Virus record (IMG/VR): IMGVR_UViG_3300024908_000010
Coordinates: 1-53,866 of that record
From: a virus
Lineage: Duplodnaviria; Caudoviricetes
Direction: 5' to 3' (one strand)
DNA: 53,866 nt
Shown here: one piece after another, positions 37,463 through 45,382 of the stretch
Position numbering within the stretch: the first letter of the stretch is position 1
Layout of the letters: each line of letters opens with the position of its first letter
The notes under the pieces: generated by a model
The model's input: only the letters and a program-made list of their open reading frames with translations
What the model was told of the DNA's origin: nothing
Databases searched by the model: none
Translations under genes and position numbers: made by a program

Positions 37463-37852
37463 TTAACCTAAATCCGATACAGAATCAGCAGCCGTTTTAA
37501 CTACGCCAATGGTTTCAGGAATTGGAAAGCCAGTTTGCTTGCGAGCGCCTTCGTGTAGCGATTGCTTAAGCAAATAGCCTTCAAGCGCCCAAATCTTTTC
37601 GCGTGCATTTTGGTAAGCGATTTTTTTACCAATTTCTGCATCAAAGTTTGCAGCACTTACGCATGCGCTCTCACCGGTTACTTGTGTTCCGTTTTTAAGT
37701 TCCAATGCGCACACTGTTAGCGTTGTGCCTTCTGGTTGCCAATAACGATCTTTTACAATCACGCTATCAATAAGATCAGGTGTTAAACGAGGTGCATTTA
37801 AACCTTTAGTTTGAATTTCTTGCTCAATTTGTTGTTCGCTCATAATCATCAT
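37463..37852 (-). CDS. Phage Gp49/Gp66 family protein (candidate nucleotide-signal sponge)
   Basis: APRLTP..TLTVC..LKNG..VTGESACV...NFDAEIG..IA..KIW.LEGYLL. Confidence 0.85.
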   Translation of the reverse strand: MMIMSEQQIEQEIQTKGLNAPRLTPDLIDSVIVKDRYWQPEGTTLTVCALELKNGTQVTGESACVSAANFDAEIGKKIAYQNAREKIWALEGYLLKQSLHEGARKQTGFPIPETIGVVKTAADSVSDLG

Positions 37853-38040
37853 CCTTGTTTAAAAAGTTGTTTAATCTCAGCTCTTGATTGAGCTGCAGTC
37901 TTTACTGCCTTCACTTCACTCTCACCACTTGCTTTCACTTCACCTGTAAATGTCTGAGTTCCATTTGTGGCCCGGTAAGTAAAACTAAATCCAGCATCAC
38001 GCATTTCTTTGATGAATTGATTGCAGGTTTTCTCGATCAT
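37849..38040 (-). CDS. Hypothetical protein
   Basis: ATGA-coupled on both sides. Confidence 0.5.
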   Translation of the reverse strand: MIEKTCNQFIKEMRDAGFSFTYRATNGTQTFTGEVKASGESEVKAVKTAAQSRAEIKQLFKQG

Positions 38041-38636
38041 GCCGCCTGCTCTTTTTGCATACTCTCAATCAGTTCTATGCGAGAACCAATCCAAGCCATT
38101 ACAGTTTTACAAAGAGATATGAATTGTTCATCCGTTAAATCTCGCTTTGCTAAGTTCACTTCTTTTGATAGCCATTGCAGATTTTCAATTGCATCTAAAC
38201 CACCTTTTGCTTTTGGCAATTTATGGTCAAGTTGAGCTGTTCTATCAAGCCTTAATCCACTAAGCGCACATAATCCCTTTTGGCTTTTCCATAAAGATGC
38301 AATTTGTTTTGTAGTAGCTTTGTTTTCGCCTTTCAATTTCATTGCCTTAACCCAAAAGAATCTTTTACTTGCGTATTCACGCATTTTCTCCCTAGCTTTT
38401 TCTGGGTTTTTTGCTCTTAAAGAATTTTGATAATTTCTAATTGCTTGTGGGTTTTCTTCACGAACTTTCTTCATGTGCAATCTTTTTCTTTCTCGCGTTA
38501 CTTCACCGCCTTCTTTATAGAGTTTTCTTTGATATTCTCTTTCGCAATTTTTGCACTTTCCAATTCGATAACCTTTTTTATGAAAACGAAATTCAATAAG
38601 GGGTTTTTCTACTAAACACTCTTTGCAGATATACAT
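38037..38636 (-). CDS. HNH endonuclease
   Basis: CKEC..CKNC; LDHKLPKAKGG..ENLQWL..VN..K. Confidence 0.85.
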   Translation of the reverse strand: MYICKECLVEKPLIEFRFHKKGYRIGKCKNCEREYQRKLYKEGGEVTRERKRLHMKKVREENPQAIRNYQNSLRAKNPEKAREKMREYASKRFFWVKAMKLKGENKATTKQIASLWKSQKGLCALSGLRLDRTAQLDHKLPKAKGGLDAIENLQWLSKEVNLAKRDLTDEQFISLCKTVMAWIGSRIELIESMQKEQAA

Positions 38637-39898
38637 AAATCCTCCACCAATTGAATCCTAGTTCCCAACCAAAACATCACAGGCACTGCCATCGAGTTAC
38701 CCAACGCCTTGTAACGTGCTGAATCACTTGCGCCTGGTATGTTCGTAAAATCATCGCTAAATCCTTGAAGGCGCTCACACTCTATTGGCATGAGGCGGCG
38801 CACTTGCATCTTGTGAAATAGTTGCTGGTCTGCACCTGTTGATAGAGTAAATGCTGAATCTTCTGCGCCTAAATAACCTTTGCCGCCGCCTTCACATCCA
38901 CCTCTGACTTTAAAAGTCAGAGGTGCTGCAACGTGCTGAAACAAGACATTCTCGCCTCCGTTATTTCTACCTTGGGCAAAAGCAATGTCTGATACGCATG
39001 GATCTTGAGTGCCGTGGACTACATGAGAAACCGTATGAACATTGTCAAAGTGACCTCCGTGCATCGGTATTAGATTTGATGTTTCTGGGTCCTGATTCTG
39101 GCAACCAGCGCCCCTCGCTGTTAGGCATTTGGCTACTTGGTACGAACAACCCCCCCCCCCATTGATGTGCTGGTTTTCTAACCCTTGCTTAGTACCAAAT
39201 GAGGCATTTAAAGTAGGTGCAACTTGAGCAGGCCATGTGACACAAAAATCTAATTCGTTAGCGTTTCCTGCTGGTCTGTTGAGGCCGCCACCGTTTGAAG
39301 TGAGTGTTCCAGCAATTTCGGTAACTTCTTCCCTCTTTTCTCTGCTCGGCGCAGAATTCCCCTGCAAGCTGTCGCGCTCAAAAAGTACCGCTGCGGCACT
39401 TCCGAAGTCACCAAGACATCCGACAACGAACACACGTCTGCGGCGCTGTGGCACTCCAAAATATTGAGCGTCAAGAACCCTGTAGGCGAACCCATACCCG
39501 AGTTCCCCCAACATAGCGAGGAAGCTTCCGAAATCCCTTCCACCGTTACTGGACAAGACACCTGGTACGTTTTCCCAAACCAACCATTTGGGCTGTAGTC
39601 GTTTAGCAAGCGCACCAAACTCAAGCATGAGGTTTCCTCGTGGGTCATTAAGGCCTGCTCTAAGTCCTGCAACCGAGAATGATTGGCATGGTGTTCCTCC
39701 AACAAGAAGCTCAATTGGCTCATAATCATCTTTCTGAATAGTCGTAAAGTCGCCATGTAACGGCACGTTTGGATAGTGGTGCGCCAATACCTCGCGTGGG
39801 AATTTTTCAATTTCACTGAAAAAAGAAGGCTTCCAACCTAACGGATGCCATGCGGCAGTAGCAGCTTCAATGCCTGAACATACAGAACCGTAAATCAT
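38612..39898 (-). CDS. C5 cytosine DNA methyltransferase (alpha polypeptide)
   Basis: Motif I SVCSGIEA, IV GGTPCQ, VI ENV, VIII QRRRR, RRL.P.E.ERLQGF, X YKALGNS. Confidence 0.95.
   Translation of the reverse strand: MIYGSVCSGIEAATAAWHPLGWKPSFFSEIEKFPREVLAHHYPNVPLHGDFTTIQKDDYEPIELLVGGTPCQSFSVAGLRAGLNDPRGNLMLEFGALAKRLQPKWLVWENVPGVLSSNGGRDFGSFLAMLGELGYGFAYRVLDAQYFGVPQRRRRVFVVGCLGDFGSAAAVLFERDSLQGNSAPSREKREEVTEIAGTLTSNGGGLNRPAGNANELDFCVTWPAQVAPTLNASFGTKQGLENQHINGGGGCSYQVAKCLTARGAGCQNQDPETSNLIPMHGGHFDNVHTVSHVVHGTQDPCVSDIAFAQGRNNGGENVLFQHVAAPLTFKVRGGCEGGGKGYLGAEDSAFTLSTGADQQLFHKMQVRRLMPIECERLQGFSDDFTNIPGASDSARYKALGNSMAVPVMFWLGTRIQLVEDLCISAKSV
39150..39160. repeat. G11 homopolymer (C11 on + strand) inside the MTase gene
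   Basis: Direct count of 11 C. Confidence 0.9.
39250..39723 (-). CDS. Nested alternative-frame ORF: M.EcoHK31I-beta-like MTase subunit
   Basis: CSLSDVL..VPQRYFLSATACRGILRRAEKRGKKLP..L matches the recalled beta-polypeptide pattern; start uncertain. Confidence 0.75.
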   Translation of the reverse strand: MSQLSFLLEEHHANHSRLQDLEQALMTHEETSCLSLVRLLNDYSPNGWFGKTYQVSCPVTVEGISEASSLCWGNSGMGSPTGFLTLNILECHSAADVCSLSDVLVTSEVPQRYFLSATACRGILRRAEKRGKKLPKLLEHSLQTVAASTDQQETLTN

Positions 39899-40374
39899 GC
39901 CGTCATCGCCTCAACTTCTTTTGCAAGCTTCAATGAAATATCTGGGTAAGCTTTCGGATTAGCTAAGATTGGTTTAATCCATGCGCGGTAATCAGTGCGA
40001 CTTTTTGCCGTCATTGATGTTGATATTTCAGTCATGCGCTCATGGTTCTTTTGCAACTCTTCTTGCGTAAACTGCCTGCCAATTGCCTTGGTCATTTCAC
40101 TTGGTGTACTGGCTTTACATAACTGCACAAACTCTGGCAATGTTGGGGGAAATCTCAAGTGATCAGCGCAATAATCAACGGCTTTAAATACCGCTTTTGA
40201 ACTCATGCCAGATAGCTTCAATTGCCATTCCGCTTTCACAGAATCAACTGGCACGTCCGACCACATATCAATCCAATGCTTGCCGTAGAAACTAGCCATG
40301 CGCAGAAATAAGCGGTCTATCGGGTTCTGTTGTGTAGTCTGATACATCGATGATTCTTGGCTGGTTGTCTGCAT
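39895..40374 (-). CDS. Replication protein (lambda P-like helicase loader candidate)
   Basis: IDRLF.RM..YG..W..FPPTLPEF..LC; follows the initiator; GGAG RBS before MQTT. Confidence 0.65.
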   Translation of the reverse strand: MQTTSQESSMYQTTQQNPIDRLFLRMASFYGKHWIDMWSDVPVDSVKAEWQLKLSGMSSKAVFKAVDYCADHLRFPPTLPEFVQLCKASTPSEMTKAIGRQFTQEELQKNHERMTEISTSMTAKSRTDYRAWIKPILANPKAYPDISLKLAKEVEAMTA

Positions 40375-41194
40375 TTGTAATATCTCCGAACATGGCTTTA
40401 GCCGTTGCACTGCGTTTATCGTGAATTGATTGAGTTTTCTGTGGTGCGGTTGGTAGTGCGCCTTTTGATACGTTTCTAATCCAATTGCGCCAAGTAGCCT
40501 CCCAATCAGCTTTTTTAGATTTGGCTTGATTTGAGTTTGCTATCCAATGGTCTTTAAACTTTTCGGCTTCTTTTCTAATCAAGTCTGCAGTAAGGTCTGG
40601 TCTTTCAGATAAAGCCCATTCCCCCCATGCTTTTGGCAGCAACCAATTTGGATCAAGTGCTTTCCCTTTTTGCTTGGGTGCGGAATTTATTTCCGCACAA
40701 GAATTACTGTTACTGTTACTGTTACTGTTACTGTTACTGTTACTGTTACTGGTTAACGAAGGGTTGTTTAACGGTTCGTTAACTGTTTCAGTTTTCGTGT
40801 AATCCAAACCCAAAAAATATGCGTTAAGCCTCATGTATTCTTGCTTCCAGCTACATTCGTCAGGAATTGATTGTGCAATTTTTGCCGCACTCTTGAATTG
40901 ATTTGGGTTCTCTGGTTTGTTCCACTCAAAATGTTTAACAATCCATACCCATTTGGTGGTTTCGCAACGGTTAGCAAAGCCCTTATTTAACAGTTCATTA
41001 AGGGTTGAATTAACCCTTTCAGAACCCCATTGCAAGTCATCGCAAACATACCCATCAGGCAATCTAAATGCGCCTGATATTGTTCCGTGTGGGCATGTAA
41101 GTAGGTACATCGCAAGCGACCTTGCATCTTCACTCATGGTCCTTGTTGTCTGGCTAGTCCAAAACGATGTATGAACCTTTCCATAATCGCGCAT
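40292..41194 (-). CDS. Phage replication initiator
   Basis: MRDYGKV...FW N-terminus, SN-repeat linker, DnaT-like FKDHW..DWEATWRNW. Confidence 0.85.
   Translation of the reverse strand: MRDYGKVHTSFWTSQTTRTMSEDARSLAMYLLTCPHGTISGAFRLPDGYVCDDLQWGSERVNSTLNELLNKGFANRCETTKWVWIVKHFEWNKPENPNQFKSAAKIAQSIPDECSWKQEYMRLNAYFLGLDYTKTETVNEPLNNPSLTSNSNSNSNSNSNSNSNSCAEINSAPKQKGKALDPNWLLPKAWGEWALSERPDLTADLIRKEAEKFKDHWIANSNQAKSKKADWEATWRNWIRNVSKGALPTAPQKTQSIHDKRSATAKAMFGDITNADNQPRIIDVSDYTTEPDRPLISAHG
40704..40751. repeat. (TTACTG)8 in-frame tandem repeat encoding (SN)8
   Basis: Eight exact hexamers. Confidence 0.95.
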
Positions 41195-41203
41195 TATTTA
41201 TTA

Positions 41204-41307
41204 CTCCTTATGCCGCCATGCACTGGCGTTCCCTTATGAAATATAGAAGCGCTGGCGTGACTGAACGCATAAGGAAAATTCAGTCTGGATGCCTCCATTG
41301 CCAGCGC
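41204..41307 (-). promoter_or_regulatory. Structured 5' leader of the replication initiator with anti-SD loop
   Basis: Three-way junction; loop UUCCUUAUGC complementary to the SD region GCAUAAGGAG. Confidence 0.6.
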
Positions 41308-41315
41308 GTAAACCA

Positions 41316-41606
41316 TTAAACTGCCGCCTTATTGACGATCAGCTGATACTCAAACAAGCCATTCCCTTTGTGCTTTTTGTTAACCGTGTGCGAACCAAAG
41401 CGTTCTTTACGCATGTGTCTTAACTGCGCAGATATGCTTGATTCGTGGTGACCTGTTAACGCCGCTATTTTGCTAAGTGAGCGAAACTCACCATCTGCCA
41501 TTAGATTGAATATGTCGATGTACTGATTGGTTAAGCGTGCGCTATCGCGGTCATGCTTGTAATCAGCACCGTTGAATCTTGAGGTTTTAGAGATTGAATT
41601 AATCAT
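41316..41606 (-). CDS. Winged-helix hypothetical protein
   Basis: MADG.FRSL..IA..ESSISAQLR..RK..FG..EY.L. Confidence 0.7.
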   Translation of the reverse strand: MINSISKTSRFNGADYKHDRDSARLTNQYIDIFNLMADGEFRSLSKIAALTGHHESSISAQLRHMRKERFGSHTVNKKHKGNGLFEYQLIVNKAAV

Positions 41607-41609
41607 TCC

Positions 41610-41867
41610 CTATTGCCCCCCTATTCCTGCAATGAGATTCAAACGGTTTTGCTGTAACCTTTGAATTGTGTCTAATCCATGTGCATCAATAAGGGCTTTC
41701 ATGCGTAGGTATTCAACTAACGAACCAAAACCAGCTTCACGCGCTTTGCGGTGTAAAATTTCCAGTGTTTCCTCTGGAATGCGCACCTTTGGGATTTCAG
41801 CAGTGCATTTACCTAGAATGCAGGCTTCGCTTGAGCGACTAAATGAAATACCTTTTGTCATATACAA
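41610..41867 (-). CDS. Putative regulator in the cII position (RHH-like)
   Basis: KVRIPEETLEILHRKAREAG..EYLR; follows cro. Confidence 0.6.
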   Translation of the reverse strand: MYMTKGISFSRSSEACILGKCTAEIPKVRIPEETLEILHRKAREAGFGSLVEYLRMKALIDAHGLDTIQRLQQNRLNLIAGIGGQ

Positions 41868-41909
41868 AACCTCTCAACCAACTGTTTTAGTAATTTTTTT
41901 GCATGGGAT

Positions 41910-42134
41910 TTATGCGGCGGTTCTTATAAAAGCCCAGTCAACATTAGGCGACAAATCTTCAACCAATACGGCTCTGTTCGATTCGCGCTCAATGTTCACC
42001 ACAAGCTCAGATTTAAAGGTGGTTCCTTCTGAAATTGCTTTGCGCAAATAACCGATAGTTGTGCCGCACCTGATAGCAAAATTATCTTGCTCAGCGGTGG
42101 TAAGTGAATTGAGAAATTCGCGTAATTTGTCCAT
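41910..42134 (-). CDS. cro: Cro-like (YdaS-type) HTH regulator
   Basis: FA.RCGTT.GYL..IERES..DL.P.VDW; divergent from cI. Confidence 0.85.
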   Translation of the reverse strand: MDKLREFLNSLTTAEQDNFAIRCGTTIGYLRKAISEGTTFKSELVVNIERESNRAVLVEDLSPNVDWAFIRTAA

Positions 42135-42141
42135 AAACGAA

Positions 42142-42220
42142 ACATTACCAAATAGTAATTTAATTTGCAAGAATTATTTACCTTTTGGTGTTTTACTAAA
42201 TGGTAAATAACAGTTAAATT
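42142..42220. promoter_or_regulatory. OR region: PR, PRM and three operators
   Basis: PR (-) TTGCAA-N17-TAATGT; PRM (+) TTTACT-N17-TAAATT; operators ATTACCAAATAGTAAT 42144-42159, TTTACCTTTTGGTGTT 42177-42192, TTTACTAAATGGTAAA 42192-42207. Confidence 0.8.
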
Positions 42221-42227
42221 AAAATTT

Positions 42228-42908
42228 ATGGATAACCGAAGCCAAACAGCCGATAAAAGACGTGAGAACTTACGCAGATGGATTGATGAAAGATGCGAGG
42301 GGTCTCAGGCAAAATTCGTTGATGTAACAGGCATCAATCAAGGGGAGTTGTCAGGCTTATTGCGTGATAAGTCATTTGGTGAGAAAAAAGCAAGAAGCTT
42401 AGAATTGAGTGCAGGAATGCCTCAATTTTATTTGGATGGCATCATTGCAAATGAATTTACAAGTAAAGAATTGCCGCCGAATAGTTACAAAGTAGAAGCA
42501 AGCTTGTCTTACCCTCCTGTTTACGGAAAAGCTATGGGCGGTTTACCAGATAGATTATTTACAGATGAAGGCCGTTTATGTAATGGTCATGATGAGTATG
42601 GTGAAGTGTATTCAAGTGATAAGAATGCATTTATCACTAGGGTTGATGGAAACTCAATGATTCCTAAATACCATCATGGCGGCTATGCGTTGGTTGAGCC
42701 TGACACTGAACCAGAGCTTGAAGATGATGTATTGATTAAACTAACTACAGGCCAGGTGATGCTTAAGAAATTAATATCACGCAGAGGTGGTGTAGTGCTA
42801 TCGAGTTATGGTGACCCAGTTATTTATACGTTTACACCTGATCAGATTGTTTGGATGTATTACGTTGCTTATCCAGTGCCGGCTAGAAAAATTAAGAATA
42901 GGGTTTAA
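42228..42908 (+). CDS. cI: CI-like repressor (HTH + S24 autopeptidase)
   Basis: N-terminal HTH with SFGEKKAR..E; VDGNSM.P (Ser), MLKKL (Lys). Confidence 0.92.
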   Translation: MDNRSQTADKRRENLRRWIDERCEGSQAKFVDVTGINQGELSGLLRDKSFGEKKARSLELSAGMPQFYLDGIIANEFTSKELPPNSYKVEASLSYPPVYGKAMGGLPDRLFTDEGRLCNGHDEYGEVYSSDKNAFITRVDGNSMIPKYHHGGYALVEPDTEPELEDDVLIKLTTGQVMLKKLISRRGGVVLSSYGDPVIYTFTPDQIVWMYYVAYPVPARKIKNRV

Positions 42909-42909
42909 T

Positions 42910-43647
42910 GTGAGCAATTCATTACATGTTTTAGACATTGCAGAGATTGTTTTAAAAGATGGCAATAAGCCTATGCACGTTAATGAAATAGCAATGACTG
43001 CTGCAAATAAAGGGTTGATAGTAAATTTAACTCTTGAGGAATTTACAAAGAAGTTAAATTCATCTTTGCTTGCAAATACAAAAACAGAAAAACCAAAATT
43101 TACAAGAGTAAAAAGCGCAAAAGGAGTTTATAGGAAAGGTTTTTATCGCCTTAAAAGAATTATTAAGCAGCCAGACTTATTTCCTACACCTGAGCCTACT
43201 CAATCAGAAGATACAGGGTATATTGGCAAAGCTGGCGAAATGGCAGTAATGGCGGAGCTTTTGTTTAGAAACTTTAACGTTTCCATGATGATGGTTGATA
43301 AAGGGATAGACATTGTTGCAGCAAACGATGTTGGAAAGTATTTTCATATACAAGTAAAAACAACTGGCGGTAGAGATGGGTATTACTTGTTTACAATTAA
43401 AAGAAAAGCATTTGACGCAAATAATGCGGGTAACACTTTTTACATTTTTGTAATTAGAAACCCAAACAAATCTGATTTTTTAATTTTGCCAAACGCAATA
43501 CTAGCAAGCTATATAGCACTTGATGTTGTTAGAGGTTCAGAATCACTCAGCTTAAAAGTTACTTACGACAGCAAAACAAAGAAATATACGCTAAACGGCA
43601 GGGTTGATATTACAGTTCACGTCAATAAGTTCGCACAAATAAACTAA
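42910..43647 (+). CDS. HARE-HTH (HB1-like) + PD-(D/E)XK endonuclease
   Basis: AEIVL...KPMHVNEI..KG.YRL; GKAGE.AV..EL..DKGIDIVA..IQVKT; GTG start 1 nt after the cI stop. Confidence 0.8.
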   Translation: MSNSLHVLDIAEIVLKDGNKPMHVNEIAMTAANKGLIVNLTLEEFTKKLNSSLLANTKTEKPKFTRVKSAKGVYRKGFYRLKRIIKQPDLFPTPEPTQSEDTGYIGKAGEMAVMAELLFRNFNVSMMMVDKGIDIVAANDVGKYFHIQVKTTGGRDGYYLFTIKRKAFDANNAGNTFYIFVIRNPNKSDFLILPNAILASYIALDVVRGSESLSLKVTYDSKTKKYTLNGRVDITVHVNKFAQIN

Positions 43648-43796
43648 AACAGCAACGCTAACTTAAATCAATATAAAATGAATTGCACTGGAATAATGTT
43701 TGATGACGCTTCTTTGCAAGACGCACAAAGCGTGGAAGATGTACAACCTAGATACGGAAAATATGAATAGAAATCATAAAATAAAGGCGCCATCTA

Positions 43797-44150
43797 ATGA
43801 CATTTAATACTATTTTAAAAAATGGATTCCCTCCTAGATTAATGGTAGTAGTTATTATTTTAGCATTGGTATTTCCTCCGTACTTAAATTATGTTGGCCC
43901 TAATACTTTGTACCATTTTGGCTATGGGTTCATCTTTAACTTACCAGAGTTTGATAATGGTTCTGATGCCTTTGTTTACATAGAGATGGTTTTATTAGAA
44001 ATATTTGTATTGGTGCTTTCATCGTATTTCTATGGCTTGCATGTAATCACAAAAAATAACAAGCTTAAAGATGAGTTTGAAAAAATAATAGATGAAGAAC
44101 TAAAGCCAAGAAGAGTACATATTTCACCAAGCCAAATAGAAGATAATTAA
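43797..44150 (+). CDS. Two-TM membrane protein (moron)
   Basis: LVFPPY..GYGFIF..second TM; AT-rich. Confidence 0.65.
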   Translation: MTFNTILKNGFPPRLMVVVIILALVFPPYLNYVGPNTLYHFGYGFIFNLPEFDNGSDAFVYIEMVLLEIFVLVLSSYFYGLHVITKNNKLKDEFEKIIDEELKPRRVHISPSQIEDN

Positions 44151-44152
44151 TT

Positions 44153-44293
44153 GAAGTATCTCAAGGCTTATGGGATGCTGTTAATGCAATTATCTCAGGC
44201 TACAATCGTGGCGCAGATTCTGCATTAAGAAATAGGCCTAGAAATGCATCCTGCACTACTATCGGGAATACTACTGATTGTTATGAGTATTAA
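44153..44293 (+). pseudogene. 3' remnant of a gene resembling phage lipoproteins
   Basis: Startless frame ending SCTTIGNTTDCYEY*. Confidence 0.4.
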
Positions 44294-44502
44294 TAGATCG
44301 CAACATGGGATCATTAAAGTTAAACGCATACTAGCTACAATAGCATCGCCATTCGTACAAGGTGGTGCTAATGTTCCAGTGCCTATTATTGATGTGGCAA
44401 TCTAGTAGCAATGGCACTGCGCGCCAATTGGCAAATTGAATTTGTGTTACAATCAATACTCTATGTAAGCATATTAGCCAATACATTTATTAAAATAACT
44501 CA

Positions 44503-44799
44503 ATGACAATATACGCTGCAATTCCTCTAGCCAATAACATTGCAAGACTCTCAGAGTCTGTGAGTGAGGTATTCCCTGATGATAATATCAATACGTACGC
44601 TCTACCTTCTGGCGCAGGTTTTTTAATAAACTTTAGCGGAACAAATCAGGAACTTTGCGACAAACTGTTTATCACTCAAGGAAAAACTGAGGAACAAAAG
44701 TCATACGTTGGATCCACCCTTGTTGTACCTTTTGATTACTACTGGGGCGTTGGAAATTCATCTATGTGGGAATGGCTAAAAGCTAGGTTTGAGGAATAA
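44503..44799 (+). CDS. Hypothetical protein, possible ferredoxin (Cas2/SinR-like) fold
   Basis: 98 aa, alternating beta/alpha pattern, YYWG...MWEWL. Confidence 0.65.
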   Translation: MTIYAAIPLANNIARLSESVSEVFPDDNINTYALPSGAGFLINFSGTNQELCDKLFITQGKTEEQKSYVGSTLVVPFDYYWGVGNSSMWEWLKARFEE

Positions 44800-44801
44800 C
44801 A

Positions 44802-45248
44802 ATGGCAAATCAACCTGGACATGATGCAGACTCCCCTCCGCAAAGTGAGGCAGTTACAAAACCAACCCCAAGAGCAGATTCAAGCTACTTCACTCAAGAG
44901 GTTGAGTACACTAGGCAAGCAATCAATGAAATGCGAATAGAGATGAATAAGCATGCGGCTGACTCTAAAGCAGAAATAACAAAAGCTGTAGATGCATTCA
45001 TTAAAAACACTATTGAAGTCAACAGCAAGACTGCTATTTTAAGCGCCGAAACGAAAGGGCAATATGCAACACTTGACGTATCAGTGAAGCAGCTTACAAA
45101 ATCCATTGATGAGATGAAGCCAAAGGTTGATTCACTAACTAGTTGGAGATTGTTACTAATTGGAGGAAGCACCGTAATTATGGCTTTATTTAGTATACTT
45201 CTAACTCTATGGATCAAAGGGGTAATAAAAATCTCATGGCCCATTTAA
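44802..45248 (+). CDS. Coiled-coil protein with C-terminal TM helix
   Basis: GAGGA RBS, 2 nt after the previous gene; heptad region, then LLLIGG..LTLWI. Confidence 0.7.
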   Translation: MANQPGHDADSPPQSEAVTKPTPRADSSYFTQEVEYTRQAINEMRIEMNKHAADSKAEITKAVDAFIKNTIEVNSKTAILSAETKGQYATLDVSVKQLTKSIDEMKPKVDSLTSWRLLLIGGSTVIMALFSILLTLWIKGVIKISWPI

Positions 45249-45258
45249 ACTTTTAACC

Positions 45259-45281
45259 AACCTGCTTCGGCAGGTTTTTTT
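45259..45281 (+). terminator. Intrinsic terminator
   Basis: AACCTGC-ttcg-GCAGGTT followed by T-run. Confidence 0.85.
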
Positions 45282-45320
45282 ACGTCCATTCAGTTATACG
45301 CAAAAATCGTACAGCTCACT

Positions 45321-45344
45321 AACCGCCCACTGAGGCGGTTTTTT
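45321..45344 (+). terminator. Second intrinsic terminator
   Basis: AACCGCC-cactga-GGCGGTT followed by T-run. Confidence 0.8.
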
Positions 45345-45382
45345 ACGTCTAAATTTCCTCACTATAAAAATAATTAAAATAA

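Noticed and set aside
40704-40751. Tandem repeat as a CRISPR array
   Set aside because: Spacerless in-frame hexamer; no cas genes and no repeat-spacer array seen in the window
42808-42909. N-terminal extension of the nuclease ORF overlapping cI
   Set aside because: GTG at 42910 directly after the cI stop fits the domain start better
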